From assembly GCF_000142905.1 (NCBI RefSeq), contig NW_013657628.1:1-64000 (forward strand): a stretch of DNA of 64,000 nucleotides. Direction: 5' to 3'. This document shows, in pieces, positions 1 through 11,065 of this stretch. The notes beneath the pieces are model-generated. The model was not told the DNA's origin, ran no database searches, and saw only the letters and a program-made list of their open reading frames with translations. This stretch comes from Thecamonas trahens ATCC 50062. Its lineage: Eukaryota; Protista; Apusomonadida. Within the stretch, counting starts at the first letter, position 1; every line of letters begins with the position of its first letter. The position numbers and the translations under genes are program-made.

Positions 1-136
1 CCTAACCTACCTACCTACCTACCTACCGTACCGTACCTAACCCTAACCCTAACCCTAACCCTAACCCTAACCCTAACCCTAACCCTAACCCTAACCCTAA
101 CCCTAACCCTAACCCTAACCCTAACCCTAACCCTAG
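1..136. repeat. Telomeric repeat array (CCCTAA)n = TTAGGG on minus strand; chromosome end
   Basis: 15 perfect CCCTAA units at 41-130. Degenerate CCTA/CCGTA units at 1-40 and a CCCTAG variant at 131-136. The C-rich strand at the 5' end of the contig is the expected telomere polarity. Confidence 0.97.
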
Positions 137-180
137 CTGATGCCTCGTCAACCCTAGCTGATGCCTCATCAATCCTAGCC
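130..180. repeat. Telomere-junction 21-bp tandem repeat (ACCCTAGCTGATGCCTCRTCA x2 plus a partial copy)
   Basis: 130-150 accctagctgatgcctcgtca; 151-171 accctagctgatgcctcatca; 172-180 atcctagcc. Confidence 0.8.
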
Positions 181-2925
181 CCACACCATTTCTGCCCACT
201 GACCACCACTCACTCCACTTGCCACTCACTGCCTGCTAGCCACCCCTACCCTTCCCATCCATGACCCACATCCACATTCCCACCCACTTCTCCATACTCA
301 TCCCTTACCCCACCATGCGCATGGCTGTTCATGGGCGTGAATTGAGTTTTTGATGCTGATTCACAATCCCCATCCTCCCATTGACTCTGGCTGGTGTCAC
401 TCGTTCGGCCGAGTGGCATGTGCGGGTTGGTGGGTGACATGAATGTCATTCAACATTTTCATGATTCGCCACTCGTCACTCGTTTGATTGTTTGACATTC
501 AATTGATTGTTATTGATCATTGTCAATTGATCGTTCGATTGTTTCTGCTTTTCCTCCTGTTGGTTTTCCCTGTTCCTTGTTGTTTGCCGTTCATGGTTCC
601 ACATGGTTTGTTGTTGCTTTTGCCTGCCCTTATGTTGTGCTCTGGCTGTTTTTGCCTTTGATGCTTGACCGTAATCGGCATGCATTCTCATTGATCATTG
701 CCTTTGCTCTTGTTGTTGCTTTGTATCATTATTCGTCTTGCTTCAATTGTTCTTGATTCTCCTGTTTTCTTCGACCTTGCCTTTCTCATTCACCATCGGG
801 CCTTGCTCACTACACTATCGATTTTCAGCTTTGTTGTCGTTTGTCATGGTCAGTAGTTTTGCATGCAATGTATTTTGTGTTGACCCTGATGTGTCGTGGT
901 CATGGTTGATCTGCAGATCTGATCGATCAACCGCGCCCTGCCTCATCGACCTGAACGTCACCCGAGTTCATCCCATTGCCTGCTAGCTTTGTCCAGTCCC
1001 TGTTGGCTTACTCATACGTGTGCTGTGCAAGCCATGTATGATCTTTGGTTGTTGTTGTGGACGTCATTGCCTCGTTTGATGCTTGTTCCGGCTTTTCTTC
1101 AATTAATTGAACGTTCAACTCAATTAACGTCCGCCGCCTTCCTCTGCCGCCCATGCCCCTCCACCCTCATTGCCCACACTCCACACCCAGCCATCATCCT
1201 CATCCAACTCGCCCACATCAATCCTTCACCCCAATCTCCATACCCACCTCCCCCTCCGCCCGTCACGACCCCACGTCACGACCCCCCTCATCCCCCCCTA
1301 CCATACTCATTACCACCCGTCATGACAAACGACCACCCCACCCCTACCCCACCACCATCACTATCATCCTAGCCACAACCACCACCACCTTGCCTTGGCC
1401 ATCCTCACCACCATCCCATCGCGCACCCCGCCTCCTCTTTCTCCCCATCCTCGTCCTCTCCCCGCTCCAACTCACCCTCATCCTCTACCCGGACCCCGAC
1501 ACCCATACCCCTCAACCATCACATGCCAGACTGCCCAATCTCTAACCAACAGCAATCTCAAGCTACCCCGTTCCGACCCACCCCCCTCTGCTGCTCCTGC
1601 CTTGCCGACCACCAGCCGCCAGCCGCCGCCCGCTCGCCCGATCAGCCCACCTTCACCACCACCTAGCTCCCACCCACTACCAGCTACACAACCCGCGACC
1701 ACACCCAAGGTCATCACTCGTCCCACACTATCACCAGTATCAGTATCGCTGTCATTGACACCCATCTTCCTCGGCTCATTTCCGTCGACTTGTTTGCCCT
1801 AGGTGGTTGAGCACGTCCTCGACCGCCCGACCCCGCACATGCCCCCCACCAACCTCATTGCAAGATATGGCCAATCTGATTTCACTACTACTCTACTACA
1901 TACACACACTACGTTCATGCGCAGTTTCCAATCCATAGCTGCTGTATTCCGGAATCCGAGTTCTGCCGGCTCAGGCCCAGCTTGTTGTCCTGGTGTCGTT
2001 TCGATGCTGCTCACCCCCTCCTCGGGCCCATCTCCCACGCCCACTCCCCACCATCCCCACCCACGACCACCACACATACACCACACACACTCACTACCCC
2101 TGCAAACATAGCCACCCACTCCCTGCTCGCCGATACGCACATCAGCCGACGCCATCCCGTCAACAGCATCGCTGCCGACCGCCGGCTGCTCGCCGCCGAC
2201 CGCCGCCCGCCGCCGACCGAACACCTCCGGCACCACCGAGAGCAAGTTAGCCATCGACAGGGCATTGGAGACGATACATACGGATGGCCTAATCATTGGC
2301 AATGACTACCAGTTTGCTTTTCAACCCACTGCTCCCCTCCCTCCCCCGGCCTTGCCCATCACAGCCCCCCGCCGGCCTGCTCATTGCCAGCCGCCCCTGT
2401 CGCCGACCACCGAGCCAGACGACGAGGCCACCGGGCTGGCCAAGACAAGGAAGAACAAGAGAGGACAAGGGCAAGCAATATGCACTGCAGTGGCGGGCTA
2501 GAGTGCAGTGGTCTGCCTCCTCCTCCAATCCCAAGCTATCGTCTCCATCAACGTCCATCTCAAACGAATCCGTTGCTCAGCACGTAGTCGAAGAGGACCA
2601 CCCACCCGCCCCTGCCGCTCCTGTCGTCGCGCATCATCATCAAAAGGAGCGGGTGGGTGGCTCCCCGCTCCTCTGAGCTGACTATGTCGATCTCATCGAA
2701 GCTCTTTGCAAACAAAGATGTTCTCACCCGACCGCGAGTGCTAGCGTCTCGCAGGCTGTCGCAGCAACGCAAATCGGGCTCACACAACTGTGTTGGGCCT
2801 GTCGGCGTCACGCGACCTACACCCACACCGCTACGCCACCACAACTACCACAACCTCTCTCTCTCTCTTTCTTTCTTTCTCTCTCTCTCCACACACACAC
2901 ACATACCTCACCGCCTCCGTTGGCC

Positions 2926-4827
2926 ATGCCGAGGCAATGCGAGACATGCTGCACCCTCTCGTCATACCGGCTTTCGCTCGGCACCGACTTCAGCCTGCCT
3001 CTCTTTGACGTCATCATCAGGCTCCTCACCTTTGTCTCGGCTGTCTTCTGGCTGCGAGTCCTCTCGCGTGCCCGCAACACCACTCTTGATCTGTACTACT
3101 CGGTCCTCCTTGCCGCTCTATTGGATTTCTTTTCGCTCCTTGTCCTCCGGCTCTTGCCCTTCTCCGATCACGGCACCGGTGCCCTCGTCTATGGCCTGCT
3201 CAACATTGCCGCGCTAGCGCTGCAGTGGTGGATCCAGACCGTCGTTCTGTTCTTCATCGCCGCTTCATCTGATGCTGCACCGGGCTCTGCCCACGCAAAT
3301 GAGGCCACCGCGTTGTTGCAGTCGGCTTCGCCCAAGTCGCTTAACGATCTTGTCGCGTCGCCGCCAGCGACCACGTCCGGCGCCGCAACCGGGGGCTGCA
3401 TCCTCGACGCTGCGGCTACCAAGGCCAAGACCCGCGCCACCATTGTTTCGGCCATCCTAGCGGCCATTGCCATTGTCGCTCTTGCTGTAGACCATCCGCA
3501 TGCCGGCACGGTCCCCACCGAAGCAGCGCTCACGTTGGGCGCCTTTACCGCCTGGGTCTCGCAGTTTGCCGCACCTGGCTCCTTCCTCGCCCGCCACCTT
3601 CCTCTACGCAAGCCAGCGTATCCGTGGGCGCTATTTCTTGCCATATCTCATCTGTTCTTTGGCGTCACATACGCCCTGCAGTCGGCCTCGGGCGGCGTTG
3701 CCCTCGAGTCCGGCTACTGCCTCAACATCATCTCGCTTCTCTACTACTACCTGCTCTTTGCCCCGCTCCTCTTCCGGACCATGGTTGTCGACTCGACTGC
3801 GCTTCGCGATGCACTGTTGCTCGCTCCGCTCCCGTCGCAAGCCTCTGCCTCGCCCGAGGATCCACGCGAGTCCGAGGCCGATCTCCGCGCTCAGGCCCTC
3901 GTCTCGCTCGCCGCCGGCCTCCGCCGCATCGACGCGTCCGCGCTGCAACTCGCTGAGCTTCTCGGTCGGGGTCAGTATGCGCAAGTCTACCGCGCCGTGT
4001 GGCGTGGCGTGAGCGTGGCCTTTAAGCGGCTCAACGATGTCAACGCCGCCCAACAGCGCGAGCAGGTCGAGGCCCTTCTCCAAGAAGCCATTCTCCTCGA
4101 CCAGCTCGTCCACCCCAACGTCGTTCAGCTCTTGGGCATCGTCGTCACGCCTGGCTCGCTTGGCATGGTCACCGAGTTCCTCGAGCTCGGCTCGCTCTTT
4201 GACGTTATCACCCGCATGCGCCGCCGCGACGAGTTCTCGTTTGGCGAGCCCCGCACTGCCGGCATTCTTGCCGACGTCGCGCGTGGCATGCTCTTTCTCC
4301 ACACCTCGGACCCGCCTATCATCCACCGTGATCTCAAGAGCCAGAACGTACTCCTCTCGGCGGGTTTCCGAGCCAAGGTCGCCGACTTTGGCGTCTCGCG
4401 CGTCAAAGTCGCCACCCAGCACATGACCACCACCGGCACGCCGCAGTGGATGTCGCCAGAAGTCATCTGCGGCGAGCCGTACTCGGAAAAGGCTGACGTC
4501 TTTTCGTTTGCTATTCTTATTTGGGAAGTCACCCACGTTGCACATCCGTACGTAGGCGAGAACATCATGGCGCTTGTCGCCCAGATTGTCGACCAGCGCC
4601 GCCGTCCGCCCATCGACCCCGGCCGCGCGCCGCAGCCAGCCATCGACCTCATGCGCACGTGCTGGGAAGACTCGCCGTCACTCCGCCCGCCCTTTGTCGA
4701 CATTGTCGCCGTTCTCGACGCGTGGCACGCCTCGGCTACAGCCGCAGCAGACGCGACAGCCGGGCCACGCGCAGGCGCGGGCGCGGGGCCGAGCTCAAGC
4801 ACAGACTCACACACGCCTACAGCATGA
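2926..4827 (+). CDS. Seven-transmembrane (TPRA1/GPR175-CAND2-like) domain fused to a TKL-group protein kinase
   Basis: About 7 hydrophobic segments ending GYCLNIISLLYYYLLFAPLLFRTMVVDS. Kinase motifs GRGQYAQV, VAFK, HRDLKSQN, DFG, GTPQWMSPE, KADVFSF. First ATG at 2926. Confidence 0.9.
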   Translation: MPRQCETCCTLSSYRLSLGTDFSLPLFDVIIRLLTFVSAVFWLRVLSRARNTTLDLYYSVLLAALLDFFSLLVLRLLPFSDHGTGALVYGLLNIAALALQWWIQTVVLFFIAASSDAAPGSAHANEATALLQSASPKSLNDLVASPPATTSGAATGGCILDAAATKAKTRATIVSAILAAIAIVALAVDHPHAGTVPTEAALTLGAFTAWVSQFAAPGSFLARHLPLRKPAYPWALFLAISHLFFGVTYALQSASGGVALESGYCLNIISLLYYYLLFAPLLFRTMVVDSTALRDALLLAPLPSQASASPEDPRESEADLRAQALVSLAAGLRRIDASALQLAELLGRGQYAQVYRAVWRGVSVAFKRLNDVNAAQQREQVEALLQEAILLDQLVHPNVVQLLGIVVTPGSLGMVTEFLELGSLFDVITRMRRRDEFSFGEPRTAGILADVARGMLFLHTSDPPIIHRDLKSQNVLLSAGFRAKVADFGVSRVKVATQHMTTTGTPQWMSPEVICGEPYSEKADVFSFAILIWEVTHVAHPYVGENIMALVAQIVDQRRRPPIDPGRAPQPAIDLMRTCWEDSPSLRPPFVDIVAVLDAWHASATAAADATAGPRAGAGAGPSSSTDSHTPTA

Positions 4828-5872
4828 GCGAGCCGCTCGCAAACGCCGGACGCGGCCGATTCTGTGCCGGGGTGGCGCCAGCAAACAGCAGCGCCTCGGC
4901 GCGGTCGATGAGATCATTGATGATGGTGCCCTTCTTGGTGTAGAGCACGAATGTGGCCTCGCCGTGCGGCGTCATGAACGAAAATGTGAACGTCGTCTCG
5001 ATGTATGCGTGCGTGATGAGCTCGTGGTAGGGAACGACGTGGACAACCTCCATGGTGCGCATCCGGCACAACCGCACCGCATCGGGCTTGAACGCAAGCA
5101 CCATGTACGCGTCGACTGCAAACGCCGCGCCGGGATCCGACTGCTTCACAAGCGCCTCGATAAAGACGGCGCCAAAGTTGGCCTGGCTCGCCATCATTTT
5201 CTGCACCACCGCCATCTGCGCCTCGAGCGTCGAGAGGCTCTTAAGCTTCTTGTGCCGGGCAGAGACAGCCTCGGCGAGCTCAAGCCGGCTCGCCACCTTC
5301 ATGAACGACCGGTTAAAGTACGGTCGGATGCGCTCGGCAAGCATGTCCTTCTTGTGGCTCTTCTTGTTCCACTCGCCCTCGCTGACCTGAACCATGTGCG
5401 CCGCAACCTCGGTGGCGTCGTCCATGGTGAGCGGAAAGTACTTGGAATGGAGGATCGAGTACACGGCCTCGTTGTACAGCACCCGCACCAGCCGCGGATC
5501 CTCCTCCCATGTCCGAAGCACCGCGTCAGGCACCAGTGACGCGAGCCCGACCGTCACCTTGACCTCGTACCAGTCCGCAGTCTTCCGCCGCTTCTTCTTC
5601 TCGCACATGTACTTGAGCAGCCGAGTCCACTCGGGCTCCAGGTCGCCCACCACAAAGTCGTCCTCCAGCTCGAGTGTGAGCAGGCTCCGCACTCCGGAAA
5701 TGGCCCACAGGCTGAGGTAGTCGGCCGAGAGCCCGAGCCGCGACGCCACCGTCGCCAGCACCTGCCCGGCAGTCGCCAACGGCGGCACCTCCACAACCAC
5801 ACTCTCACCATTCTTCAGAAACACCTCCAGTTGCTCTGTGGCTCCTGCTCCGCTCTCGCCCAAAAACGACAT
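4817..5872 (-). CDS. FERM domain protein (FRMD8/KRIT1-like)
   Basis: From MSFLGES: F1 lobe (LEVFLKNGESVVVEV...LSLWAISG), F2 helical lobe (VLYNEA..ILHSKYF..DATEVAAHMVQV, NFGAVF), then a PH-like F3 lobe. The upstream part of the ORF overlaps LPCAT and is not coding. Confidence 0.8.
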   Translation of the reverse strand: MSFLGESGAGATEQLEVFLKNGESVVVEVPPLATAGQVLATVASRLGLSADYLSLWAISGVRSLLTLELEDDFVVGDLEPEWTRLLKYMCEKKKRRKTADWYEVKVTVGLASLVPDAVLRTWEEDPRLVRVLYNEAVYSILHSKYFPLTMDDATEVAAHMVQVSEGEWNKKSHKKDMLAERIRPYFNRSFMKVASRLELAEAVSARHKKLKSLSTLEAQMAVVQKMMASQANFGAVFIEALVKQSDPGAAFAVDAYMVLAFKPDAVRLCRMRTMEVVHVVPYHELITHAYIETTFTFSFMTPHGEATFVLYTKKGTIINDLIDRAEALLFAGATPAQNRPRPAFASGSLML

Positions 5873-5975
5873 GCCTGTGGCCGCAAGTTGGGTGTAGCTC
5901 CCTCCTCCCACTCCCCGCCTCCCCGCCGTTTTCGCCTCCGCTGTTCGCCAACCCGCCGCCAGCCAGCCGTCAGCT

Positions 5976-7763
5976 TTATGATTCATCTCCTTCGTACTCG
6001 TACGACGGCGAGTACGTCGAGACCTCATCCGAGTTAAAGCCGTACTCGACAGACGCCCGCGTCCGCCACTCGTCGATGTCGACCTCGTGGCCGGCGTTCC
6101 ACTGGAGAAAGACGTGGTAGTACTCGGGATGGGCGCCCGCAAAGGCCTTGAAGTCCTTGAACGAGAGGTAGCCGCGCTGCCGCGCGTCGACCCGGTCAAA
6201 GAGCGCCGCCGCAGACTCGCCCGTCATGGCCGGAAACACGCTGCCGATGAACGAGACAAACCGCTCACGCGAGATACGGCCCTTACCGTGCGGGTCAAAT
6301 AGCTGAAAGGCAAAGCTGAGGACCTCCTCGCGGTCAGACTGGTTATTGGCGAGCGCAATGCCGATGAGCCACTCTCGAAAGTCGATCAGCCCCGACGAGT
6401 CGGTGTCGAACATCTGGAATGCGAGCGAGACCGGCTCCGAGAGCTCGAGGCCGAGAAGCTCCGCGAACTCCACCTCCGAGACAAGCCCATCGCCGTCCGT
6501 GTCGGCCGCTGCAAACCGGTCCAGCAGTAGCTTGACGTCGTCGAGCGAGTAGTTGTAGACCTGGTGCAGCGCGCCAAACTCGACGACCGCCGCCTCGGGC
6601 GGGAACTTACGCCGGATCGCCGCATTCGCCAGCACGTTGTCGGCGTACGTGTGCTCCGTCACCGGCACGCCGAGCTCGTTGGCAATGACCGCCCGCACGT
6701 TGGCTCCAAACAGCTTGGCATTGCTCTTCTCCTCGCGGCTGGGGCTGTACACAGGCAGGTACGTGATGTGAACCCGGTTGACAAACTGGCAGAGAATGCG
6801 CCAAAACAGGTACGCCTTGCCGGGCCCAGTCGGGACCCATGACGGATCAAAGTGCGAGAACTGGTACTTGAGCGCCACAGGCTGGACAGGCACGCCCGGC
6901 ACAAACGCTCCGGCCTTGAACGTGATGAGCGCGTTGCCGGTCGTACACGTGCCCTCTGGGAAGAGCAGCGTCGCCGGCCACGGCTCGTCCGACTCGGCCC
7001 GCATCCGGATCTGGTCCATCACGGCGCGCCGCGACTCGGGGTCGCCGCGGTCGACGAGAATAGCCTGCGACGCCCGGATAATGGCGCCCACAAAGCAGAC
7101 TCGCGCATTCTCCGCAGCAGACACGCCCGAAGGCCAGTAGAGCCAATACATAAAGGCAGGATCCAGAAAGTTGGTGTGCGGCCCGCACGCCACAAGCCCG
7201 ACCTTCTTCGACCGCTTGCCTGACGTCGAGATCCAGTAAAAGCCGGCCACAAAGATGGCAAAGCGGAGAATGTATTGCGCAATGACGAGGAAGACTCGCC
7301 GACAACCAGCAATCGGCTGCGACGCCAGCCGATCGCGCGAGAGTCCCACCGTCGCCAGCCAGCAGAACATCGAGATAAAGACGAGTGAGAGCAGAATGAG
7401 AATGAGCCGGACAGGGAAGAACGTCACCGTCATGAACGTCAGCTTGATCTTCTCGTACACAGAGCTCTTTCCAGTGTAAAGAAACGGATTGACCTTGCCC
7501 GGCACCCTCTTTGCGTCGTCATGCTTCAGCGTCCCCGCCCGGACCTCCACATGTGTGCTCGACGACGACACAGAAACCGACGCAGACGCAGACGCAGACG
7601 CAGACGACGACGACGACGACGACAAGCCACCGGCCGCATGCCGCTTTCCCTTTCGCTTCTGCGCACCACGTCCCCCGCCCGAGCCACCGCCACCAGCACT
7701 ACCACCTGTTGCCATGGCTAGTATGTCTTGCGCTGCAGCCTCGAGAGCTGGGTGTTCTGCCAT
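5976..7763 (-). CDS. LPCAT: Lysophosphatidylcholine acyltransferase with C-terminal EF hands (LPCAT1/2-like)
   Basis: Acyltransferase motifs PHTNFLD, LLFPEGTCTTG, FKAGAFVPGVPVQPV. N-terminal TM helix. EF hands DTDGDGLVSEVEF, DTDSSGLIDFREW, DPHGKGRISRERF. Confidence 0.93.
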   Translation of the reverse strand: MAEHPALEAAAQDILAMATGGSAGGGGSGGGRGAQKRKGKRHAAGGLSSSSSSSASASASASVSVSSSSTHVEVRAGTLKHDDAKRVPGKVNPFLYTGKSSVYEKIKLTFMTVTFFPVRLILILLSLVFISMFCWLATVGLSRDRLASQPIAGCRRVFLVIAQYILRFAIFVAGFYWISTSGKRSKKVGLVACGPHTNFLDPAFMYWLYWPSGVSAAENARVCFVGAIIRASQAILVDRGDPESRRAVMDQIRMRAESDEPWPATLLFPEGTCTTGNALITFKAGAFVPGVPVQPVALKYQFSHFDPSWVPTGPGKAYLFWRILCQFVNRVHITYLPVYSPSREEKSNAKLFGANVRAVIANELGVPVTEHTYADNVLANAAIRRKFPPEAAVVEFGALHQVYNYSLDDVKLLLDRFAAADTDGDGLVSEVEFAELLGLELSEPVSLAFQMFDTDSSGLIDFREWLIGIALANNQSDREEVLSFAFQLFDPHGKGRISRERFVSFIGSVFPAMTGESAAALFDRVDARQRGYLSFKDFKAFAGAHPEYYHVFLQWNAGHEVDIDEWRTRASVEYGFNSDEVSTYSPSYEYEGDES

Positions 7764-7884
7764 TGCTGCCGCTGTCCCCCGCCCTAGGTCACCCCGGTTA
7801 CGCAACGGAAGCCAGGCGCACCCACCCCCCACACACGCCACTCTCTCGCACACGCACACACGCTATACACTCTCGCCATCAACC

Positions 7885-9525
7885 ATGGCGCCCCGACTGA
7901 CGCTAGACTCGTTACCGGTAGAGCTCGTCCACGCCATCGCCTTTGGCTCGAACGTGCTCGACGTGCGCGACATTGGCGCGTTGGCCATGACCTGCTCGGC
8001 CATGAACGCAGCTCTGGCGGGCGATGGCTACAGCAGATCGCGGTGGCGGGCAAGACTTGGCCTACATGCATGCGGTGAGCGGAGCTGGTGGCGATCGGCT
8101 CGCCGCGCGCTGCACGAGCACAGATTTGACATCGACGCCACGGTCCGCTGGCAGGTCCGGGTCCAATCGTCGGAGCGGGCCGTGACTCGCGACGAGCGGG
8201 TGGCAACACTGTGGGGGACTCTCTCCTCCCGCGATGCATCTAGCTCTTGGCCAAAGAACATCGTCGACGACGAAGCTGATGATGAGCTCCGATACCGCCT
8301 CATCGCCGACCTGCTCGCCGCCGAGCCGGGCCTGCCGGCAAAGATGCTGCGCGCTGCGACGCGGATGGCTGTTCGCAAAGGCGACGTCGAAGCCACAGTT
8401 ATGCTCCTCGATCATGGGCGAGTGGCTGATGCCGAGTTGCTGCGGTATGTGCAGACGCGAGGAGACCGCGAAGTCGGCGACGAGCTCGTCGATGTGCTGG
8501 TGAACAACCCCGGAGTCGACGTCGACGTGGCGGGCTGGACCGCGCTGCTGCGGGCAGGGCGAGTGGCGGCTGCGCGGTATGTTCTTGCGCATCCAAAATC
8601 CCATGCTGCCCTCATGGTACCCGGAACGGTTGATGTGGTGGTGACTGCGCTCCGCGCCTGCAGCGTTGTCGACGATTCTGACGCCGCCGCCACCATCCTC
8701 GCCCTCGCGCAGCACGCCATGTACTCGCCAACTAACGCGGACTTGGTAGCCGTGAGCAGCTTTGCTCCGCTAGCCCACGTCCAGGCCTTCCTCGCCGCAC
8801 ACCCGTACCTCGAACTGACCTGCCGTGCTGCGTCGACCGCCGCGCGCGCCGGCAACGTTGACGTCTTTCGATGGATCATGTCCGAGGGCGTGGCGCCAAC
8901 GTCCAACATCATCTACGCAGCCATCCGCGGCGGACAGGCTGTGCTCGCCGACGAGCTCATTACCGAGCTCAAGTTTCGTCCCTCGCAGTACTGCCTCAAA
9001 GAAGCTGTGCGTGCCAACCACTCTGCTGTCGTTGATCTTCTTCTCGCCAAGTACGCCCTCTGTGCCTCTGACGATCTTTTGAAGACCGCAGCCCGCAACG
9101 ACTCAGCATCAGTCGTCGCCGCTCTTCTCCGCGATGACTCGTTTGCCATCACACCCGCTGCGGTCCGCTTTGCCGCGTTTTCCGACGGCCCGTATCGTGC
9201 GCTGCTGGCCGCTGTTGCCCAGCCGCGACTGGCGCCGACATGCCTCCCGCGGCATGTTGCAGCTGCGCTCCTTGCTGACACCGTCGAACCAGACCTCTTT
9301 CTTATTGTCCGTCACTTGTTTGCTGTCCTCGGCCACACTGACAACGTAGTCGAGCTCTTTGATGCGCTCGCTCGTCTGATGCAGCCCTCTGCCGCCGATG
9401 TCCGCGACGCTATGCTCTCGTTTGCGTCGCACATGGCTCCCAACACCATGTTCTGGGCCGCTCGCATGCGCTTTGACGATGTCTCGAAGGCACTGCAGGA
9501 ATTACTGGCGCCAGACATCGCGTGA
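7885..9525 (+). CDS. F-box-like plus ankyrin-repeat protein
   Basis: N-terminal LDSLPVELVHAIAF...DIGALAMTCSAM is F-box-like. Degenerate ankyrin repeats (AVRKGDVEATVMLLD, AARAGNVDVFRWIM, AVRANHSAVVDLLL). Start context accATGG. Confidence 0.75.
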   Translation: MAPRLTLDSLPVELVHAIAFGSNVLDVRDIGALAMTCSAMNAALAGDGYSRSRWRARLGLHACGERSWWRSARRALHEHRFDIDATVRWQVRVQSSERAVTRDERVATLWGTLSSRDASSSWPKNIVDDEADDELRYRLIADLLAAEPGLPAKMLRAATRMAVRKGDVEATVMLLDHGRVADAELLRYVQTRGDREVGDELVDVLVNNPGVDVDVAGWTALLRAGRVAAARYVLAHPKSHAALMVPGTVDVVVTALRACSVVDDSDAAATILALAQHAMYSPTNADLVAVSSFAPLAHVQAFLAAHPYLELTCRAASTAARAGNVDVFRWIMSEGVAPTSNIIYAAIRGGQAVLADELITELKFRPSQYCLKEAVRANHSAVVDLLLAKYALCASDDLLKTAARNDSASVVAALLRDDSFAITPAAVRFAAFSDGPYRALLAAVAQPRLAPTCLPRHVAAALLADTVEPDLFLIVRHLFAVLGHTDNVVELFDALARLMQPSAADVRDAMLSFASHMAPNTMFWAARMRFDDVSKALQELLAPDIA

Positions 9526-10045
9526 GCAGGTCAGGGGGGGGGGGCGTTCAGCGCCTCCTCCCGTCCGCTCCGCGTTTCAAGTTGATCATCCGCCCAACAC
9601 CCTCGCCCGCCATCTACCCCCATTGATGGCTTTCTTGCGCCACACACGTCCCTCAAATACAAGTGTTCACTTCCATACCCCTTGCCTAAACTAGTGCATC
9701 ATTGCCTGGCTGAATGTATCTCCATCGTTTGCCCCGTCTTCCCGCCACAGTTCTTTTCCAGCATCACACATCCACACTCTTGATCAATCGCTCGCACACA
9801 CCATCAAGATGCGCCACACTCCGCACACTCTGCACACAACACCATCACCTTCCATCTACCCACCAAGTACCCACTCCCAGCCACCTTTGCATCCCGACAT
9901 TCGACACAAACACCTGCAGCAGCTCTGCCACACTATTTCTGCGTTCGCCCGAGTCACACGCCATGTTTCACCGCCTCGCGAGGTCGCGCACCAGCAACCT
10001 TCCCTACGACAGACTCCACTCACGCACTCCTTACTTGCACCAATC

Positions 10046-11065
10046 ATGTCGACGACACCGCATGCGCTTTGCCCTCGGCTTGTGCTCGGAACCATGGCCA
10101 TGGGCGGACAGGCTGACCAGGACGAGTCAGCAAGCATGGTAGCGGCGTTTGCGGAGGCCGGCGGAACCGAGGTCGACACCGCCATCATGTACAACATGGG
10201 CAAGACGCACGAGGTGCTTGCGCCGATTGTGGCCAGCCATCCGGGGCTCAAGGTGGCGACCAAGGTCAACCCGTGGTACACCAACTACGAGACCTTTGCC
10301 CCGCGCGGCGGCCTTGCTGCCGATCAGGTCGAGGCCCAGGCAAGCGCCTCGCTCGCCGCCCTCGGCATGCCGGCGGTAGACATCCTGTATCTGCACGCGC
10401 CGGACCAGACGACCCCGATCGAGGAGACGCTGCAGGCCATGGACAAGCTGCACAAGGCTGGTGTCTTCTCCGAGTTTGGCCTCTCCAACTATGCTGCCTG
10501 GGAGGTGGTCCGCATCGTGGGCCTCTGCGAGGCTGCCGGCTACGTCAAGCCGACCGTGTACCAGGGCATGTACAACGCGTTTACCCGCGGGGTCGAGGCC
10601 GAGCTCCTTCCGGCTATCCGCGCCTGTGGCATGCGGTTTTACGCGTACAACATCACCGCCGGCGGCCTCCTCACCGGCAAGCACACCAAGGACTCCGATC
10701 CGACCGACGGCCGCTTCAACAAGGACACCCTCTGGGGCCGCGCCTACCGCCAGCGGTTCTTTAACGACACCATGTTTTCGGCGCTCGAGGCGCTCAAGGC
10801 CGCCCTGGCCGCCCTCGACGGCGAGCCGATCTCGCCGTACGCCGCTGTCATCCGCTACCTCGCATTCCACTCCAAGCTCACCCCCGACGACGGCCTAATC
10901 CTCGGCGGCTCGTGCGCCAAGCACATTGAGGTCAATGCCGCCTCGCTCCGCGACGGCCCGCTCCCGCAGTCGATCGTCGACGTCATCGACAGCGCTGCCG
11001 AGGCCACCACCACCGTCTGCCCGCCGTACTTTCGGGGGCACTCGAACTGCGCCGCCGACGCTTGA
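10046..11065 (+). CDS. AKR7A: Aldo-keto reductase, AKR7 (aflatoxin aldehyde reductase) family
   Basis: LVLGTMAMG, EVDTAIMY, VATKVNPW, DILYLHAPD, FGLSNYAAWEV, PTVYQGMYN, FYAYNITAGGLLTGK. Confidence 0.92.
   Translation: MSTTPHALCPRLVLGTMAMGGQADQDESASMVAAFAEAGGTEVDTAIMYNMGKTHEVLAPIVASHPGLKVATKVNPWYTNYETFAPRGGLAADQVEAQASASLAALGMPAVDILYLHAPDQTTPIEETLQAMDKLHKAGVFSEFGLSNYAAWEVVRIVGLCEAAGYVKPTVYQGMYNAFTRGVEAELLPAIRACGMRFYAYNITAGGLLTGKHTKDSDPTDGRFNKDTLWGRAYRQRFFNDTMFSALEALKAALAALDGEPISPYAAVIRYLAFHSKLTPDDGLILGGSCAKHIEVNAASLRDGPLPQSIVDVIDSAAEATTTVCPPYFRGHSNCAADA

Noticed and set aside
1-40. Variant telomere units (CCTA, CCGTA) as evidence of an error-prone telomerase
   Set aside because: They are at the extreme contig end, where read quality is lowest, and cannot be distinguished from base-calling error.
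15-229. ORFs with (VR)n and (LG)n translations
   Set aside because: They are translations of the telomeric hexamer, not genes.
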